Assembly: GCA_965153455.1 (NCBI GenBank)
Contig: OZ234494.1
Coordinates: 8,432,001-8,496,000 of the forward strand
Origin: Sphagnum compactum
Lineage: Eukaryota
DNA length: 64,000 bases
Reading direction: 5' to 3'
The notes beneath the pieces were generated by a model that was not told where the DNA came from, did not search any database, and saw only the letters and a list, made by a program, of their open reading frames with translations. The position numbers and the translations under genes were made by a program. Shown piece after piece: positions 11,101 to 25,400 of the stretch (positions are counted from its first letter, which is position 1; each line of letters opens with the position of its first letter).

Positions 11101-14100
11101 ATCAGTGATCAAGGTCAAAAGCTCTTCCCCTGGCATATTCTCTTGAGGGTCAAGATCCACAGAAAGCTGAATACTCCTTAAATAGAGGTGCATAATTTCT
11201 ACAGCTTGTGCCACAACATCTGCATGAAACCCCCAAAACCTTGTTAACCCCAAAACCCTGCAGACCCCTTATCAGCCTTGCCTGCCATGGCACCTGCTTC
11301 TGTGTCAACAGGCACATCAATTCCCTGCTTGAAAAGATAAGGCAGACCAAAGATGAGCCCAGAGAAGCAAGTGAAAGAGAGGAAGAGTACCAGAATCTGT
11401 GACATGTGCCTGAACACCCAGCTGATATTCCACCTGAAATGCACTGACTCGATACCTCAAAGCTTTCACAGGGGAGATAGCAGGTGTGAGTTCCAGGCAT
11501 GCTTGATGCAATGCCTTCGCCAACCAAAGTTTTTGTGCTCCATGAATGTGTTTTAAAAACTCCTTCACATCTGATGCAAAACTCACCATAAACCCAAACC
11601 TGCCCTGACACAGGTACTCTACATTAGTGTGTGTCTTCAAGAACTTGTCTGATGGACCTCAGTTGCCCCAACTGAAGGCTGCAGATCAGTGCTGTCACCA
11701 ACAAGTGTTGAGTATTCAAATTCATGTCTGGCTCTGGTTCACAAGCATAGACCTTTACTCTAGAACTAGTAACAATAACTTGCATCAAACCCAGTATTTT
11801 CTTCAGAGGCTGGTATCCAGTGCCAATTAGCAATAGACTTGCAGAGAGGTGTTACCTTTCAAAATATCTCAAAATGGATTGAGCCAAATTGACTGAAGCT
11901 GAATCAGGGCTTTCTTGCTGGTCTTTTGCATTGTGTGCTTTCCAAAGCAAGCGCCTCTTCTCAACCTCCAAAACAGCTAAGAAAGGTCCTCGGCGCAGAT
12001 CAGGTGTATCCATAGCTTGCAGTTCAAGTATAAATGCATTCACTTGTTCAAATTTTACACCCATCTGCCAGTGCCACCAATACAAGCAGCATTATGACTC
12101 AGATACTCCGCAGTTGCAGGAGCACGCCACCGCACAGCTGGATAAACTTCATTTGTATTTATTTCTTTTTCCATTTAGTATGCAGCCCACAGGGTCCATT
12201 ACAAACACCAATATAAGGACCATCATGCAATGTTGATAAGGAACATGTTTTGATTCCATATGACGTCATGCACCAGATAGAAGGGAAACCTACCTCTTCC
12301 TCTGAAAATTGTGAAAAGGGATGGTCCTGCGAATTCTCTGCTACTACTGGTAAAGTCAACACAGCATCAATGTACATCTGGAAAGCTGCCCAGTCATCTG
12401 AGCTGCACACATACCACATCCCCATCCTCTCTTTACAGAGCGAACACACCAGCTGATGGATGACAATATAAAAGCCCACTACCAGTTTGTACAAGGCAAG
12501 ATGTATTGTGAAGAGAAGTAGAAGGCAACAATATAATGCTCATTCCCTTAACAGTATTCTTGTACACACAGAAGAATGAATTCTCTGTCATATTATCTCC
12601 AGGGGAGTTGTACCCTTAAGGGTGGCCTTAAGACTTGTGACAGAAGCATTCATGGCAACAGTTTAAAACTCTCACAGAATTGCAACATGGCTTGATAACA
12701 GAGAACTTGGAGCACAGTATCAAGCACTGTCACATGGCCAAATTTCACAAGCATGATAGTAAGACACCCAAGGGAAGGAACACAGGCCTCAATCTCAGTA
12801 TTTCTTGGAAAACTTCAACTGCATGCTCATACTGATGTGAATGCATCAGCAGCTCTCCCTGTCAACATGCCATATCCCACACACACCCACACCCCGCCCC
12901 CACCAAACCAACAAACCCACCTCCAGACTTATCATCTCCATTCACAAATGCAACACAGATATGTTGTGTACCACAGATGCATCAAAACCTGCAGTCCACA
13001 ATTTCCATGACCAAACTATGTTTACATAAAACTTTGCCTATCCTTCTTTCAAGCAAATCCCATTAACTTCTTCAAAAAGACCAAGCCCTGTCCAGTTCTC
13101 ACTGCACATTAAATTAATCAAGTGGTGAAAGACTGGGATACCTGCAACCGCAGACGGTCTGTAGTAATAGTGAAGAGATTGCCCAGTGGGCCCTGCAGCA
13201 CTGCTAGTGCTGTATCATGCTTTTGTTGTTGCTGTAGCACCTTCAGGTACACAAGTAGCCCTGAAATCCACCACCCAATAGCAGTAAAAGCAAGAATTCA
13301 ATGAATATACTGCACTATTTGTAACCTTGCACCCGATTCATGCGCATTCCATCTCAAGGTCCCTAATTGAAAGGTCTCAGGTGTACATCAACAACAAACA
13401 AGTGGAACACACAATGCGTACCTTCAAGCTCCTGCAAACTATGAGACTCCACATGCTTCTTCAGTAAAGCTTCTGCAAGTGGCAATAATTTGGCATTGCC
13501 ATCACTAACCTGCACACAAAATGTTCTCAGAAATTGATACAATGACAATGTCCAATTCTCCAACTGGTTTAATTACCATGCTTAACTACTACCTGGTACA
13601 CCAAGGCACTACTTGCATAGGGTTTCCAGGGTCTAACAAATAGTGCAACCTTTCAAAGGATTTGGGCAGCTTGAGAAAGCCAGATGCTCTAATGCTGCAC
13701 TACATTATGGAGCCCTACACCATTCACTTCATATCTTCAAGCTCTTGTACACTGTGTGTGGACAATTTGAGATAAGAAAACAGTAGGGGTGGTCCTTTCC
13801 ACCTTGACTCCTACTTAAGTGCTCAATTGCATGAACTGATTATGACCAGAGAAGGAAAGGGAGAGAAATTAAACCTGCAGCATGATGCTGCAGATGGCCC
13901 ACAGAAGAAATCTCTCCTCACCCAGCAACTTGTACAACTTCATGGCAGTCTGTCAAGGGCAAAGACACAAAATTATGTGTTGATATCTAAAAACATTCAT
14001 GTTGCAAGGACAGTCACAGGCATCAGTTTGATCCTTCTCAGAAAGTATCCTCAACAAAGAAGTGCTAAGTATGACAAGCACAGTCCTGATAAAGGCACTC

Positions 14101-15691
14101 GGGAGTCAGACCTGCTGTTGCTTGATATAAACATATTGGCGCACATAGCAATTGAATAGAGCTGTCAAGAGCTCCACATTGTTGGGGTTCTTCAAACATG
14201 CATGTTCATAACAGCCTGTTGCTTCCTCCACTGCCCATGACCAACATCATACATACGACCAAGCATCTACTGTTTGTACTTAATCTAAAAAGATATCGAG
14301 ACATCTCTCTGTTACTTCTTTGTTTGAAGCCTGCCTTCACACTGTCCTTTGGTAAAATGCCACCCAAAACATTCAAAGCCCGCATTTGCAACACAAGAAA
14401 CATGCTTCAAACTTCTGTTTTGAAACATGTGAGTAGAGTGTAAATTTGAGGATATTGGGACATACACTTGTGTAGGCGTTGGAACACCAGCTGAAGAGTG
14501 GTCAGTGTAAATTCATCCACAGGACCTGATGCTTTGGCTTGCTCACAAAGATCAGCAGCTTCCTCATCTTTGCCCAGCCTCTCCAAAACCAGCGCCTTCA
14601 GTGCCTGCAATGTCATATCGGTTAGCTCATCAAAATTAGATCACTTAGATTGCACACATGCATCTCATGGTCCATCATGCACAGTAGTACAAGGGAAAAG
14701 GGAAACAACAAATTGTCTAGCTGACAGACAATCATCATCATGCCAGTAAAATACTTCACAAAGACATCCAGAGACCCCAAACCCTTCTTTCTCCTGTTGT
14801 GTTCAAGTTTCTCTATTGGGCAGCATCCTTTAACAGCAGTATTGAAAGTGCAAACAAAAAGCTATCTGTTCGCCACTGCCATCAAACCCTAAAGTCTGCC
14901 CAAAGTCATTACCACTTGTGTGCTCATCTCAAAGTAACTTAGTAGATCATGTATCTAAGTAGTGAAGACAAAGAGTTGCATAACCTAACCCAACCAAAAA
15001 GGTCACACTAGAGAGGGACTCTCCTTGAAGCCTCCCTGACGATGTAACTAGCTCTCCCTGAAGCTGGCTTTGGGTTGTCTCTTATATCTCAAAGATGGGC
15101 CATGTTTACCCAATCCCTTCTGAGGAAAGAAAAAACTCTAAAATGTTCATGGATTATTTCCTTCTTCCCAAGACAGACAGACAGACACCTACATTAAGGA
15201 CATGATGGTTGAACCAGTATTGATTTCAATGCCATTTGAACTCAATGCATCCCCAATGCAAATTGCATGGCTTCCAACAATGGCAGGTCTAGAGTATGAA
15301 AAGAAAGCTAGGGCTATGGTGGTTACTATTTGTTTCAAGTTTCGAGTTCACGTTGTGGGAGAGAGAGTTCAGAGCAAAACATGTGTTATCCATTGATGTG
15401 TTATGGACCCAGCTGATGTACAACTGACCTGGAGCTGGAATGTCTCATATGTCACAATGACATTCCAAAACTTCAATGTCTAGGGTTTGGCGGGGAGCTT
15501 CCATACTGACTGAAAATGAACCAGAGAACGGACCAAAACAGCAGCAAGACTCTTACAAGGAGATAAGCAGAATCCGGATGCTTAGCGATGAGGCCTGTAG
15601 CCAGCTTCAGCGCCGGCTTATATTGGCGATGATCGATGGCATCCCAAAGAGGCTTCAGTCTCCTTTCCGCTATTCCTGCCCTCCCCGCCAT
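8140..15691 (-). CDS. NAA25: N-terminal acetyltransferase B complex auxiliary subunit NAA25 (TCU2/MDM20 family), 19 coding exons, ~990 aa
   Basis: N-terminus MAGRAGIAERRLKPLWDAIDHRQYKPALKL, plus motifs DDW, RGPFLA.LE, YFERFG and DVKYILLESMSHH. Phase-consistent exons on the minus strand: 15691-15557, 14604-14466, 14230-14112, 13949-13875, 13509-13422, 13260-13142, 12858-12788, 12402-12294, 12064-11856, 11599-11391, 11219-11089, 10962-10886, 10708-10634, 10413-10221, 10020-9901, 9665-9527, 9428-9376, 9201-8971, 8820-8140. Total 2973 nt. All introns are GT-AG except a probable GC donor after exon 7. Confidence 0.93.
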
Positions 15692-15770
15692 CTCCCCCTT
15701 CCCTTTGCCCTGCCTCTCTTCCTCCCTCCTTTCTTCCTTCCTTCCTTCCCCCGAAACTCAGAAAAACTCC

Positions 15771-15779
15771 AAACCCTAA
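15771..15779 (+). promoter_or_regulatory. Telo-box (AAACCCTAA) near the NAA25 5' end
   Basis: Exact motif 80 bp upstream of the ATG. It is common in plant translation and RNA-processing gene promoters and 5' UTRs. Confidence 0.45.
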
Positions 15780-18036
15780 ACCAAAAATTTCTTTAAGAAA
15801 TCTGCGAAGACGCAACTGGTCTCAAGCTTTTCTCTGCACAGCCAACTCCAAAGCCTTCATTACTGTTGCCAACTGCACAAAATTACTGCAAAGCAATGAA
15901 GCCAGCCATCGCTCAAAGCTCTCACAGACTGCACTGATCTCCACACCAACACAAGAACACTCAGCAGATAAAGACCAGAGAAGGAAGAAAATCTTGATTT
16001 ATATATTTATTTATTTATTTACTTATTTTTAAATTATTTGTTTGTTCCCAGGGGTTTTATTTTTATTTCAAATTTGTGGTATCGAAAGTTTGGCAAATTT
16101 TTCCAACAAAATAGCAAAACTAATCGAATTTGCACAAGAAAAAAACCGTGTTTTACAAGAATTTCCCAATTCTTTTGTCCTAAAAAGACAATAAATATCC
16201 CCAAAAAACACTCTGATTTGCTCCTTTTTATTTTTATTTTAAAATTATGTCCATTTTAGGGTTTCCACTCCCTTGATAGCTGTTAGGTCTTACTCTCCCT
16301 TTTAAATTAACAATTATATTATTCTTTATTAGTTTCTCACCAACACCTAACAACAAATCTCTTTGTACAAATTCAGATTCATATGCTCCATTCATTCATG
16401 GAAAATGTTGGGCAAACTTTAACAATCATAAAGAGACATGAATACCAAATGTTTGATTTATTGTGTTCAAAAATGAGGTATAATAAAATATGCATACATA
16501 ATTTTAAATATTTTAAGCCAGATTTTCAATGGGTCATGAAACCCATGGAAACAAAAGGTGATAAAAAATTTGGTTGAAGGCCTAGGCTACTATAGAATGG
16601 GTTATAAGCCACAAACCAAATTGACAAAGACACAATGAAAATGAACATGGGGATCAACAACAATTTTGAACAAACAAATAATTTACAATGAAAAGAAGTG
16701 TTTAGGGTTTAGTGTAACTTAAAACCCTAGTTTGCTGATTAAGGTACCAAGTGGTTTTTCACCTTATATGCAGTAAGTGATCAATGTGCAGCATAGGTTT
16801 TTTTTTAACAAAAATTTGTCGCCTTTTTTGTATCAAAAAATCAGGAAAGCTTTAGAAGTTTGTGTTTTTGAAGTGCAAATTAAATTGATTTTTCTACTTT
16901 TGTAAAATAAAAGCCATATTTTTCAACTTCAAAAAAAAATTATTTAAAAATAAATAAAACTAACCCTAGTATGGAGGCTATCATCATTGTGTCTACCCAC
17001 TTTACTTGAACTAAATAATGCCATCACATGATCAAAAACAGTGAAAAGGGCAAGAAATGAACACATGAAAGGCATTTGAAAAAAAATATTAAATTTTTTT
17101 TTTGTGTTTTGGTGAAAGAAGGCACATATAGCCAAGAACATAGAGTATAAATGTGAACATGTTATATCGTAATCAAATCAATACCTTAGTGATGTGTTTT
17201 TCTTTCTTGCCATAAAGATATTTGAATGTTCATATTATTGAATTATTATATTTATTTTTCAATGTGTTAACATGGTGTGTTGACCAAGGATTTTGGAGGT
17301 TTTTTTGGGTTGATTTTGTGTTCATTTTATAAGCAAAAGTTGTTAATGGCTTTATAGATAGCTCAAGCTATCATCATTTTAAAGCAAGCAATTGTTACAA
17401 GGAAAATTCGTTTAGGCTAGGTGATTTTTCAAGTTTCTTCATCATCTCTTTTTCTAATTTGTTTCATGTGACAAGTGAAAAGGTTTAAGACATAAGTTGC
17501 TCTTTTGTCCACATTTGGCAAGTTCCCTTTGCGTTCCTTTATGACCACTATTTGTGGATTTGGTTGTTGTCTCTCGGTCGGAGGTTGGTCCTCTGTTGTT
17601 GTTCTTTCTTTTCCACTTCCAATTGGGTGTTTTTTTTTATGTAAAGTTTGGTAAGGGGGTTTCATCAAATGTGAAATTGAAACAAACAAACAAAAAAGTA
17701 AATTATTATAACAAATTCAATCATTGACAACACGATGTTAAATAGATTCAAATCATTTACCAAGTTTAGTGCATCCATGTTGCTCACAATTCTCTCATGT
17801 TATTTGGGTAGCCTCCTCATTAGCACAAACAATGGTAGTGTATATAAACCAACTTTTAAGAAAATCCTCGAGAATTATGACAAGGTTTTGCACAAAGTTG
17901 AATCAAAGACTATATGCTCAACATACGTAGGGATGATAATGTCATATCGGTATCAAGAATTGACATCAAGGCAATAACTTCAGTTGTTTGTAGTCATGCT
18001 TGCATTTTAAACCCTTGTGGGTTCAATTCATGACCT

Positions 18037-18575
18037 TGTCAGAATATGTGTTACAAACCTCAACCTTGACATAACTAGAGTGGAATAATTGCATCATCTC
18101 ATTAGAACTCCATAGAGCCCACCTTTGAAATTGTCTTTGGACAAAGATCTCACATGGTAATATCACAAAGATCTTTTGAAATGGTCTTCGGGTAAAAGAT
18201 CTCACAAAGTCATACCACAAACGCACAGACAGAGCCCACCATTGAAACGAGTTAGTACTTAGTACCCTCTAAAGCAAGCGGACTTTAATCAAGCCTACTT
18301 TTGAACTGTAGAGGGTGGTTTTTGTGGCACGAACGAAGAGAGCTTTCATGGAGCTGACCTTTCAAAGGAGGTAGTACCCTCTATGGCACCAAGCAAGAGG
18401 TCCTTTAATTCAGCCTAACTTTAAAGGAGATAGTTCCCTTCACAGCACCAAGAAAAGACATAACTAGTCACACTTTTTACCAAGTAGCTCACAGAACCTA
18501 CCTTTTCTAACCCACACTAGACATAATCCGAATCAGTAAATTTGGAAGAAAAAAAGTCTCCCAACATTCCTGACT
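18037..18575. repeat. Possible degenerate solo LTR or TE remnant with ~59-bp internal tandem repeats
   Basis: Starts tgtcagaat and ends attcctgac(t). Degenerate units (agtaccctct...ggcacc...ctttaa...gcc.acttt) occur at about 18261, 18314, 18373 and 18432. No TSD found. Confidence 0.35.
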
Positions 18576-19459
18576 GTGATGAAGTATTCACATCTTCTTG
18601 GTTTAATAATTAGCTTGAAAGCAATAAAGAATTTTGCCATTATGAGTTCTGCATAACTTCAAAACTTCAAAACTTCAAGTGCTTCGTGCATCTCCACCCT
18701 TTGTTTGACGTTGTTGGGTGGAGATGCCCTTTGAGCAACCCCACCTATCACATCAAGTGAGCAAGTTTTGGTTGAGGGCAGTAAATAACTTGTTGGTTTC
18801 GTTTTCAAAAATGGTTTGGTTAATAACATATTTGCACATGATGCAAAGGTTTGCAAAAGGCATTACATAGTTTAAATCTTGCTATGGAATGACCAGATTG
18901 GTCCCCGAGACAATCCACCCCGAGAGCAGTCTCCCACTGTTGTTGATTGGTCAGATTATCTAATTAGTCCACTTGCTTTGCTATTTAGAGTTCCAGTTTC
19001 AAGTTTATGGGTGAGACTCAGGAAATGTAAATAAATAATAATAGATGTGAGAAATCCTGATGCAGCCTCCATACCCAGTATGGTTGAGGATGCCTCTTTG
19101 AATCCTCATTAGGTAGACCAGATTATATTCGAATGGACCAACAATCACCAAACTTCAAGATTTCCGCCTGACCTCACCCTCAAACCTCCAGAGTCCGACT
19201 AGAGACACAATTGCATTTTTACATCTCTGCAGATAAACTCAGTGAGAATTGGAAGCACAAAATATCTCATTGCGGTTTTCATACTGCACTTACAAAGACA
19301 AGTAATCCCTCAATTTGGAAGGAAGCTGTATCCAACTGTCTGCAGGCCTTCCATGCTTCCCTAAACCCAATAGAGGTCACCTCAACAAACAAATCTAAGC
19401 TCACATTGCCTACACACCTACCATAGGCCCAATTTCAACCAAACCTCCTTTCACATCCT

Positions 19460-22400
19460 TCAATAGTAGCTGCCATAGTAGGCTGCTTGTGCCTGTGCTG
19501 CTTGTGCCTGTGGCTGTGGTGTTGCAGTAGAAGGTAGCGGTGGCCTGTAAGCTGCCTCTTGACCATACCCAGCAGCTGTCTGTGGATACGCCTGCATCAC
19601 ATCCTTCAATTACAGAAAAATCTTGGGTGAGATCTTAAGCATGATCAGGTGAACAAGTAGCAGACATCTTCTCGACATAATACCCCCAGTCTTTCAAGGT
19701 AGACATGCCATAAAATGGCCACTCTAAACCCAGAGTGTTCATACCGTGCAGAAAAATCCATGCATTCATGCTATGACCACCTCACCAGCCACCTGTGCTC
19801 CACCCGTTCACCTCCTGCTAGCGATCATGCCAGCCAGACACTATTAACAAAGTGACCTGTGCGATAACCAATGCTATACACTGAACATTTTCCTGACCCA
19901 GCTAACAGCATTACCAATAGCATGTGCAAAAGGAAATACCTGAGGTGGGTAGCCCTGCCCATAGCCACCATATGCTGCCTGCTGCTGAGGGGGTGGTGCC
20001 TGTTGTTGAGGAGGGCCATATGCTGCATAACCTCCATATCCACCATAGCCTCCCTGCAATCAAATATGCAACCCCCAATCAGAGTAAGTTGAACAGTTTT
20101 CAAGACCGCAAGGAAATAATTAACAAGACAAACAAAAGGTTACAAAGAGCACACAGAAAGAACTGAAACTTCCAAATACACTTTTCATCACATCACACCA
20201 GATGGATGACCACTGTGGAAATCCTGAAAACAAAAAAGAAAATTCCTGCACCTGATGAGGAGCATATCCCTGGTTCCATTGTTGTGGCTGAACTGGTGGA
20301 GCTGGCTGCTGTGGAGGGGGCTGCTGCCATGTCTGCGGTTGCTGCTGCTGGGCATAACCAGTTTGTTGACCATAAGAAGCAGCACCCCACTGTGCCTGGC
20401 CATTAGCATAAACAGGTGGGCCAGCCAAGGCAGGTCCAGCAGCCACTGCCACATATGGCTTGTGCACTTTTGCACGATCTGTGAGGGCGCTCTCAGGAGA
20501 TGGCCGCTTCTTGGACTCCACACTGGCCCTGCGCGAAGGGAAAAACTGCCTATGTCTTGCCTCTGCCTTCTTGATTGTTTGGACATCTCCAAAGAGATCA
20601 ACAAACTGCCAACTCCACTTTGCACATTAGCTATTCATTTGTGTTGTGTTCAAACAGCTGCACTAAGGAAACAACTCATACTCCAATCCAATTGAAGGAC
20701 ACTCCAAACAAATGCTCTTCTTGCCAGGATAGTTCCAAGAGCCAAGTGGAAAACCTTGACACTGGAATCAAGACACTTCAGATACACAGATGCTGACAAA
20801 GGCAGTCCTCATGACATCACTCTTGGCACAACATCATCTGAATCAACAATTTCAAACAAGCGACATCAGCAACATGTTTGCAAATTGGTCATACCTCAAG
20901 AAAGATTGTGGAAATCTCCTCTCGATCAGAAGCTGACAACCCAGGAGAGCCATCAGGCCTGGTAGCAGCAGTTGCCTGCTCAACCAGTGCATCCACAAAT
21001 TGAACCTGCTTCTCTCCAGGTTTGTGCAGAGTCTCGAAATAAATTGCTGCCTGCTCACATATCAGCACAACATTATGTCATGGAATGTTTTAAATTTGCA
21101 CCACCTTGCAATGGTCTCCACATCTGAGGATGGTCTAGAGGCAAATCAACACATATCAATTGGAAGCCGAGTGCTACCAATCCACACTTACAATAAAAGC
21201 ACAGAAGGTGCAAGGTCAATGTAGAGGAAGCCAGGAGAGCAGTAGAAATTACCTCCCAAAGGACCTTGGAAGTTGGAAGGTATTCCAATGCTGCAGTGTA
21301 AATCTCTCGGGCCCTCTCAGTGTTTCCCACAACCTGAACAAAAGAACAACACAACTTTAGAAAGCTCTCAACCATAATTTCAACCTGGAAAACTCCTAGG
21401 GGTTGATAAACTAACCCCTATAGCAACATGCAAACAGCAAATAAAAACCATCCAGGAGTAAACAAACTTAGTAAGGCTACTTGTGAATTGGTGATACCCA
21501 ACAACAGACTCAGTGCAGTTGTAAATTAGATCTAATCCTGCAAAAAAGGCTAACAAGAGAAACTGCTTGTGCACCTGATCAAGAAACCGAGCATACTGAA
21601 TGCTCAGTATGGGAAAGGCTCGTGACTCTTCCTTGGCCTTCTCCAGCTGAAGAGCTGCCTCATAAGCAGAGCATGCAGCTTCTATGTTTCCCTGCACCAA
21701 AACTTTCTTCATTCTGAGCTCCAGCAAGCTTCTTACCTCTACCATTAAGAACTCATTCCAGATCATTCTTCCATGCCTACAAATTTGGAAGGCTCGGCAC
21801 TGTAGTCTATACATTGACTCATATGTCACTGCTATCAAATTCCAATTTACTCAACACATGACTTGAATGAAGAAATTCAGTAGGCTAGTTAACTGGACAT
21901 GACCAACACCTGGCGATGTTCAAAGTTGGCATGCTTGACAGTAGCTCCAAGAAGACCCGGAGCCAACTCTGAACTCAGAACCTCATACGCAGATCTTGCA
22001 CCCTTCACATCACCTTCCTGCTCCCTGAACCGGGCTGCAAACAAGTGTACTTCAGGTCGACGCTGTTTTCATGCACAACACAAGCCAAAGACACTCAAGA
22101 TGTCAATGGAGCTCTGGAATGACAAGTGACCCTACTTGAAAATGAAAATAACATACATATAACTTGCAAATCTTTAGACTCCTAAGTCACAGTTTTTTTA
22201 TGCTGATAATTGGTGTGTAGAGTTGATACCTTCACAAAGACAGTTGTTGCACGAGTGAGGGCATTGTTTGCTAGATCCAGATTCCCTTCTACTTCCATCC
22301 GTTGTACATATCGGATCCAGTACTCCGGATAGTTGGCACATGCAATCAGGCACCTCTCATACAGTTTCACAGTCTGCAACATCCTCAAAGCACAAAACTC

Positions 22401-25400
22401 ACCCTTATCCTCAAGTTCTGTAGACATAATTTCCTAGTCCCAGCTAATGGTCTTTGATGGTATGTAAAGGCAAGAGAAACAAGTTAAAAACCACACATAT
22501 ATAGAGTAATTCAACTGAAGAATAACTCACCCTGTCAAGATCACCTTCCTTTTCAATAAAATCTAAATACCGGTGCCAATTTCCAAGCTGCATATCATCG
22601 AGTGGTTTCACATGGAAGTATGGCCTACGGATGGCTGTCTCAAAGTCACGAATTCTAGAGTCCCACTCCTTGGCCTTCCTGTAAAGAGCTTCTCGAATCC
22701 CCAAGTACTTCTCCAACTCCTCAGCCTCTGTCAGCCCTCCAACCTTCTCAGGCTTGGGTGGCTCATCAGTATCATCGACCAAGGTGGCATCCTCTGCAAC
22801 TGGGACTGCTTCTTCAGCTGCAGCTTTGGCCTCTTCTGGGCTCCTCAACTCTGATAGAGGCCGACTATTGGCAATCTGCTTGAAGCTGCAAAAACAATTT
22901 GCTAAATTACACAGTTTAGATAAAAGGACCTACAGTAGCAACACCAATTATGACTCCAACATCCTAGTTACATTCTTCACAACTTGGTCAGGGGTATCTC
23001 CCCTCATTTTGACAAGTTCATCAATAACCTGATGTGAAAAGCAAAAGTAGTATGGACCAGGCATTCAATTCTCTAGATCATAAATCTGCCACAAGCTGTG
23101 TCCCACAATATTAACATAACAAACAGCAAAATACCCTGTAAATATAGCTGCCTCTTCACATTAGGCATCTTTCATGGTTTCGCATGCAAACGAACCTGTG
23201 GTAATAGCGGTCAAGCTGATTGAGAGGGATCTGCAGGATGCGAGTGTAGATCTGTGAAAGCCGGCTCCACTCCTGCTGCGAGTATTCGAAATCAATGTAT
23301 TTGTCCCAAAGGAGATGAGAAAGATAATCAGTCCCCACGAATGTCAGTCCACGCTCAAATAACCTGCCAAGTAATTTTGCAACAAACCCTCAATGTGTCT
23401 GAACAGATGTATCCCTGCCCCCTAACTTGCTAAGACTCCAAATCTTTTAGATTAGACGCGATCAGAGCAGGGAAAGCGCAGCGTTGGATGCGAAGGAATT
23501 TCAGTGGAACTTGCTTTTCAGACTTCCAAACAGAAGCACAAATGCTGTGCATTTACCTTCCCGCCAGACCACACTATGTCCGCGACATGAAGAGGCGATC
23601 TCTCTGCCCTCAAACTGGACCCGTAATCTTCCACAGCAGCATTTGGACGCAAGTTTCAGTTGTGCACACGCATTGCATAGTATCCTCAACCAGTGTCAAG
23701 AAGCAAAGGCAGTAGAAATATGAAAGCACATAAAATGCACAGCTACTGCCTTATGTATGTGTTTGATGTTACAGCAAAAAGGGCAGAAGTGAACATGACT
23801 GAGAACCAAAAACAGACTGTTGCCTGCTAAAACCTAGGAAATGTGTGTATGGTTTTTTTTCACAAAAAGCGTACGGTTTCATTACGAGAAGTCATCCTAC
23901 TGATTGGAAACTGAGGGCTCCACCAATATCAGACCATCTCTTTGTAGAGACAGCACTAGAAAAGCTGCAGCAAGAGCAGACACAGGTCAGAAGACACACC
24001 ACATCAATCCATTTAGTGTTATATGTAATGCACATGACTACCGGAAGAAAGGATGACCCGTGGTTGCCTGTCGGAATGAAAAAAAAAGTGTCAAGCAGCC
24101 ATGGGAAAAAGAAAATTCAGGACATACCTCCGGGTTTTCTCAGGGTCGTCGAACTTCTCCATCGCATATGTGCAGAAATGCATCCAGATGTCCACCGAGT
24201 ATGTCACAGCCTTCACAGCACGCTCATACACCTCCACTATCTTCTCAGGGGTGCCCAGGCGCGCCTCATGATCAGCATACTTCTTCCAGTAGCCATAGCA
24301 TAGAGGAAACTCCGCGAGAAATGTATCATAAGCAGCTTGGATCTTCAATATGTTGTCCTGTACAAAACAAACATGAGTCAAAATTTGTTCCTTACAGTCA
24401 TTACCCTGGCCCATGAGAAACTTACAGGGAAACCTGCCTGTATCAGGCTATAAATGCAGATTGCAAGAGTGCAATCCCTATTTGCCTTGATCACAAACTT
24501 ACCCCAATTTTCAATATGGTGCACAGAGAGTCCAATAGAGATACAGGTAGTAAGAAAGGGCTTAACAGGGCAGGGAGAACTCACAAGCTTCTCAGTTTCC
24601 TGAATCAACGCAGTCCAAGCATTAAAATCAGCTGCATTTTCCTTCACTATAGCCCAGAGACGATCCTCCTCAGTAGTAGGAACTGCAAAAAGGATTCTGA
24701 CCATGTGAGAGACAATCATATCACCTCAGGGTCATACACAAAGTGGTGGCAGACGAATACAAGGACACTGCAGCCCGGCTGTCTCATTCCCAAAACAAGG
24801 CCAATATTCTGTCTCTCTTCTGAGCATTTGGAGTTCTAGACAATCCTAGGTTGGGCTTCCTCAGGAGATGCCAGACTAGGGACGCCATGTCCCCCACTAA
24901 AAAGAATACCGAGGCGACCGTGAGGAAAATCCCAAAGAGGAATGTTACACCCTATTTTTCGCTCTCAGATTATCTCAAAACTCCAACCACGAACCAGGTG
25001 TATAGTCTCAGACGCTAAAAGCCAACCGCAGCACACTACACAAGACACCTCATGAAACCACTTACACGTGCTTACACAGCTCGTGTAAGAAGGGTCTACA
25101 CAACTAGTCTTCGCAAAGGTCGCACACATGTCCACCGCATCGCTCAAAGCGAGCGAAGTAGAAAACCTTTGTCAATGTTATCCTACACGTCCCGCGTCAC
25201 ACTAAGTTCCTTCAAAAACAAACCGCAACAGTTTTGTATCCGCACGAACCAAACCCCATTTCCCTTCCCACAGAAAAAGAGGCACATAGTACATACCAGG
25301 AATTTCCTCCACGGCTACCTGCTCGTCAACAACCGCCACACTGCTATCACCGTTGCCGTTCTCATTCCCAACGTCCTCGTGTTCGGCGGCAGCAACAGCA

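Noticed and set aside
23460-23690. Box C/D snoRNA reading of the PRP39 intron element (UUGAGGA...CUGA)
   Set aside because: Box C is non-consensus, no terminal stem was seen, and no convincing rRNA or snRNA guide was identified by eye. A cassette exon fits better, though snoScan or Infernal should still be run.
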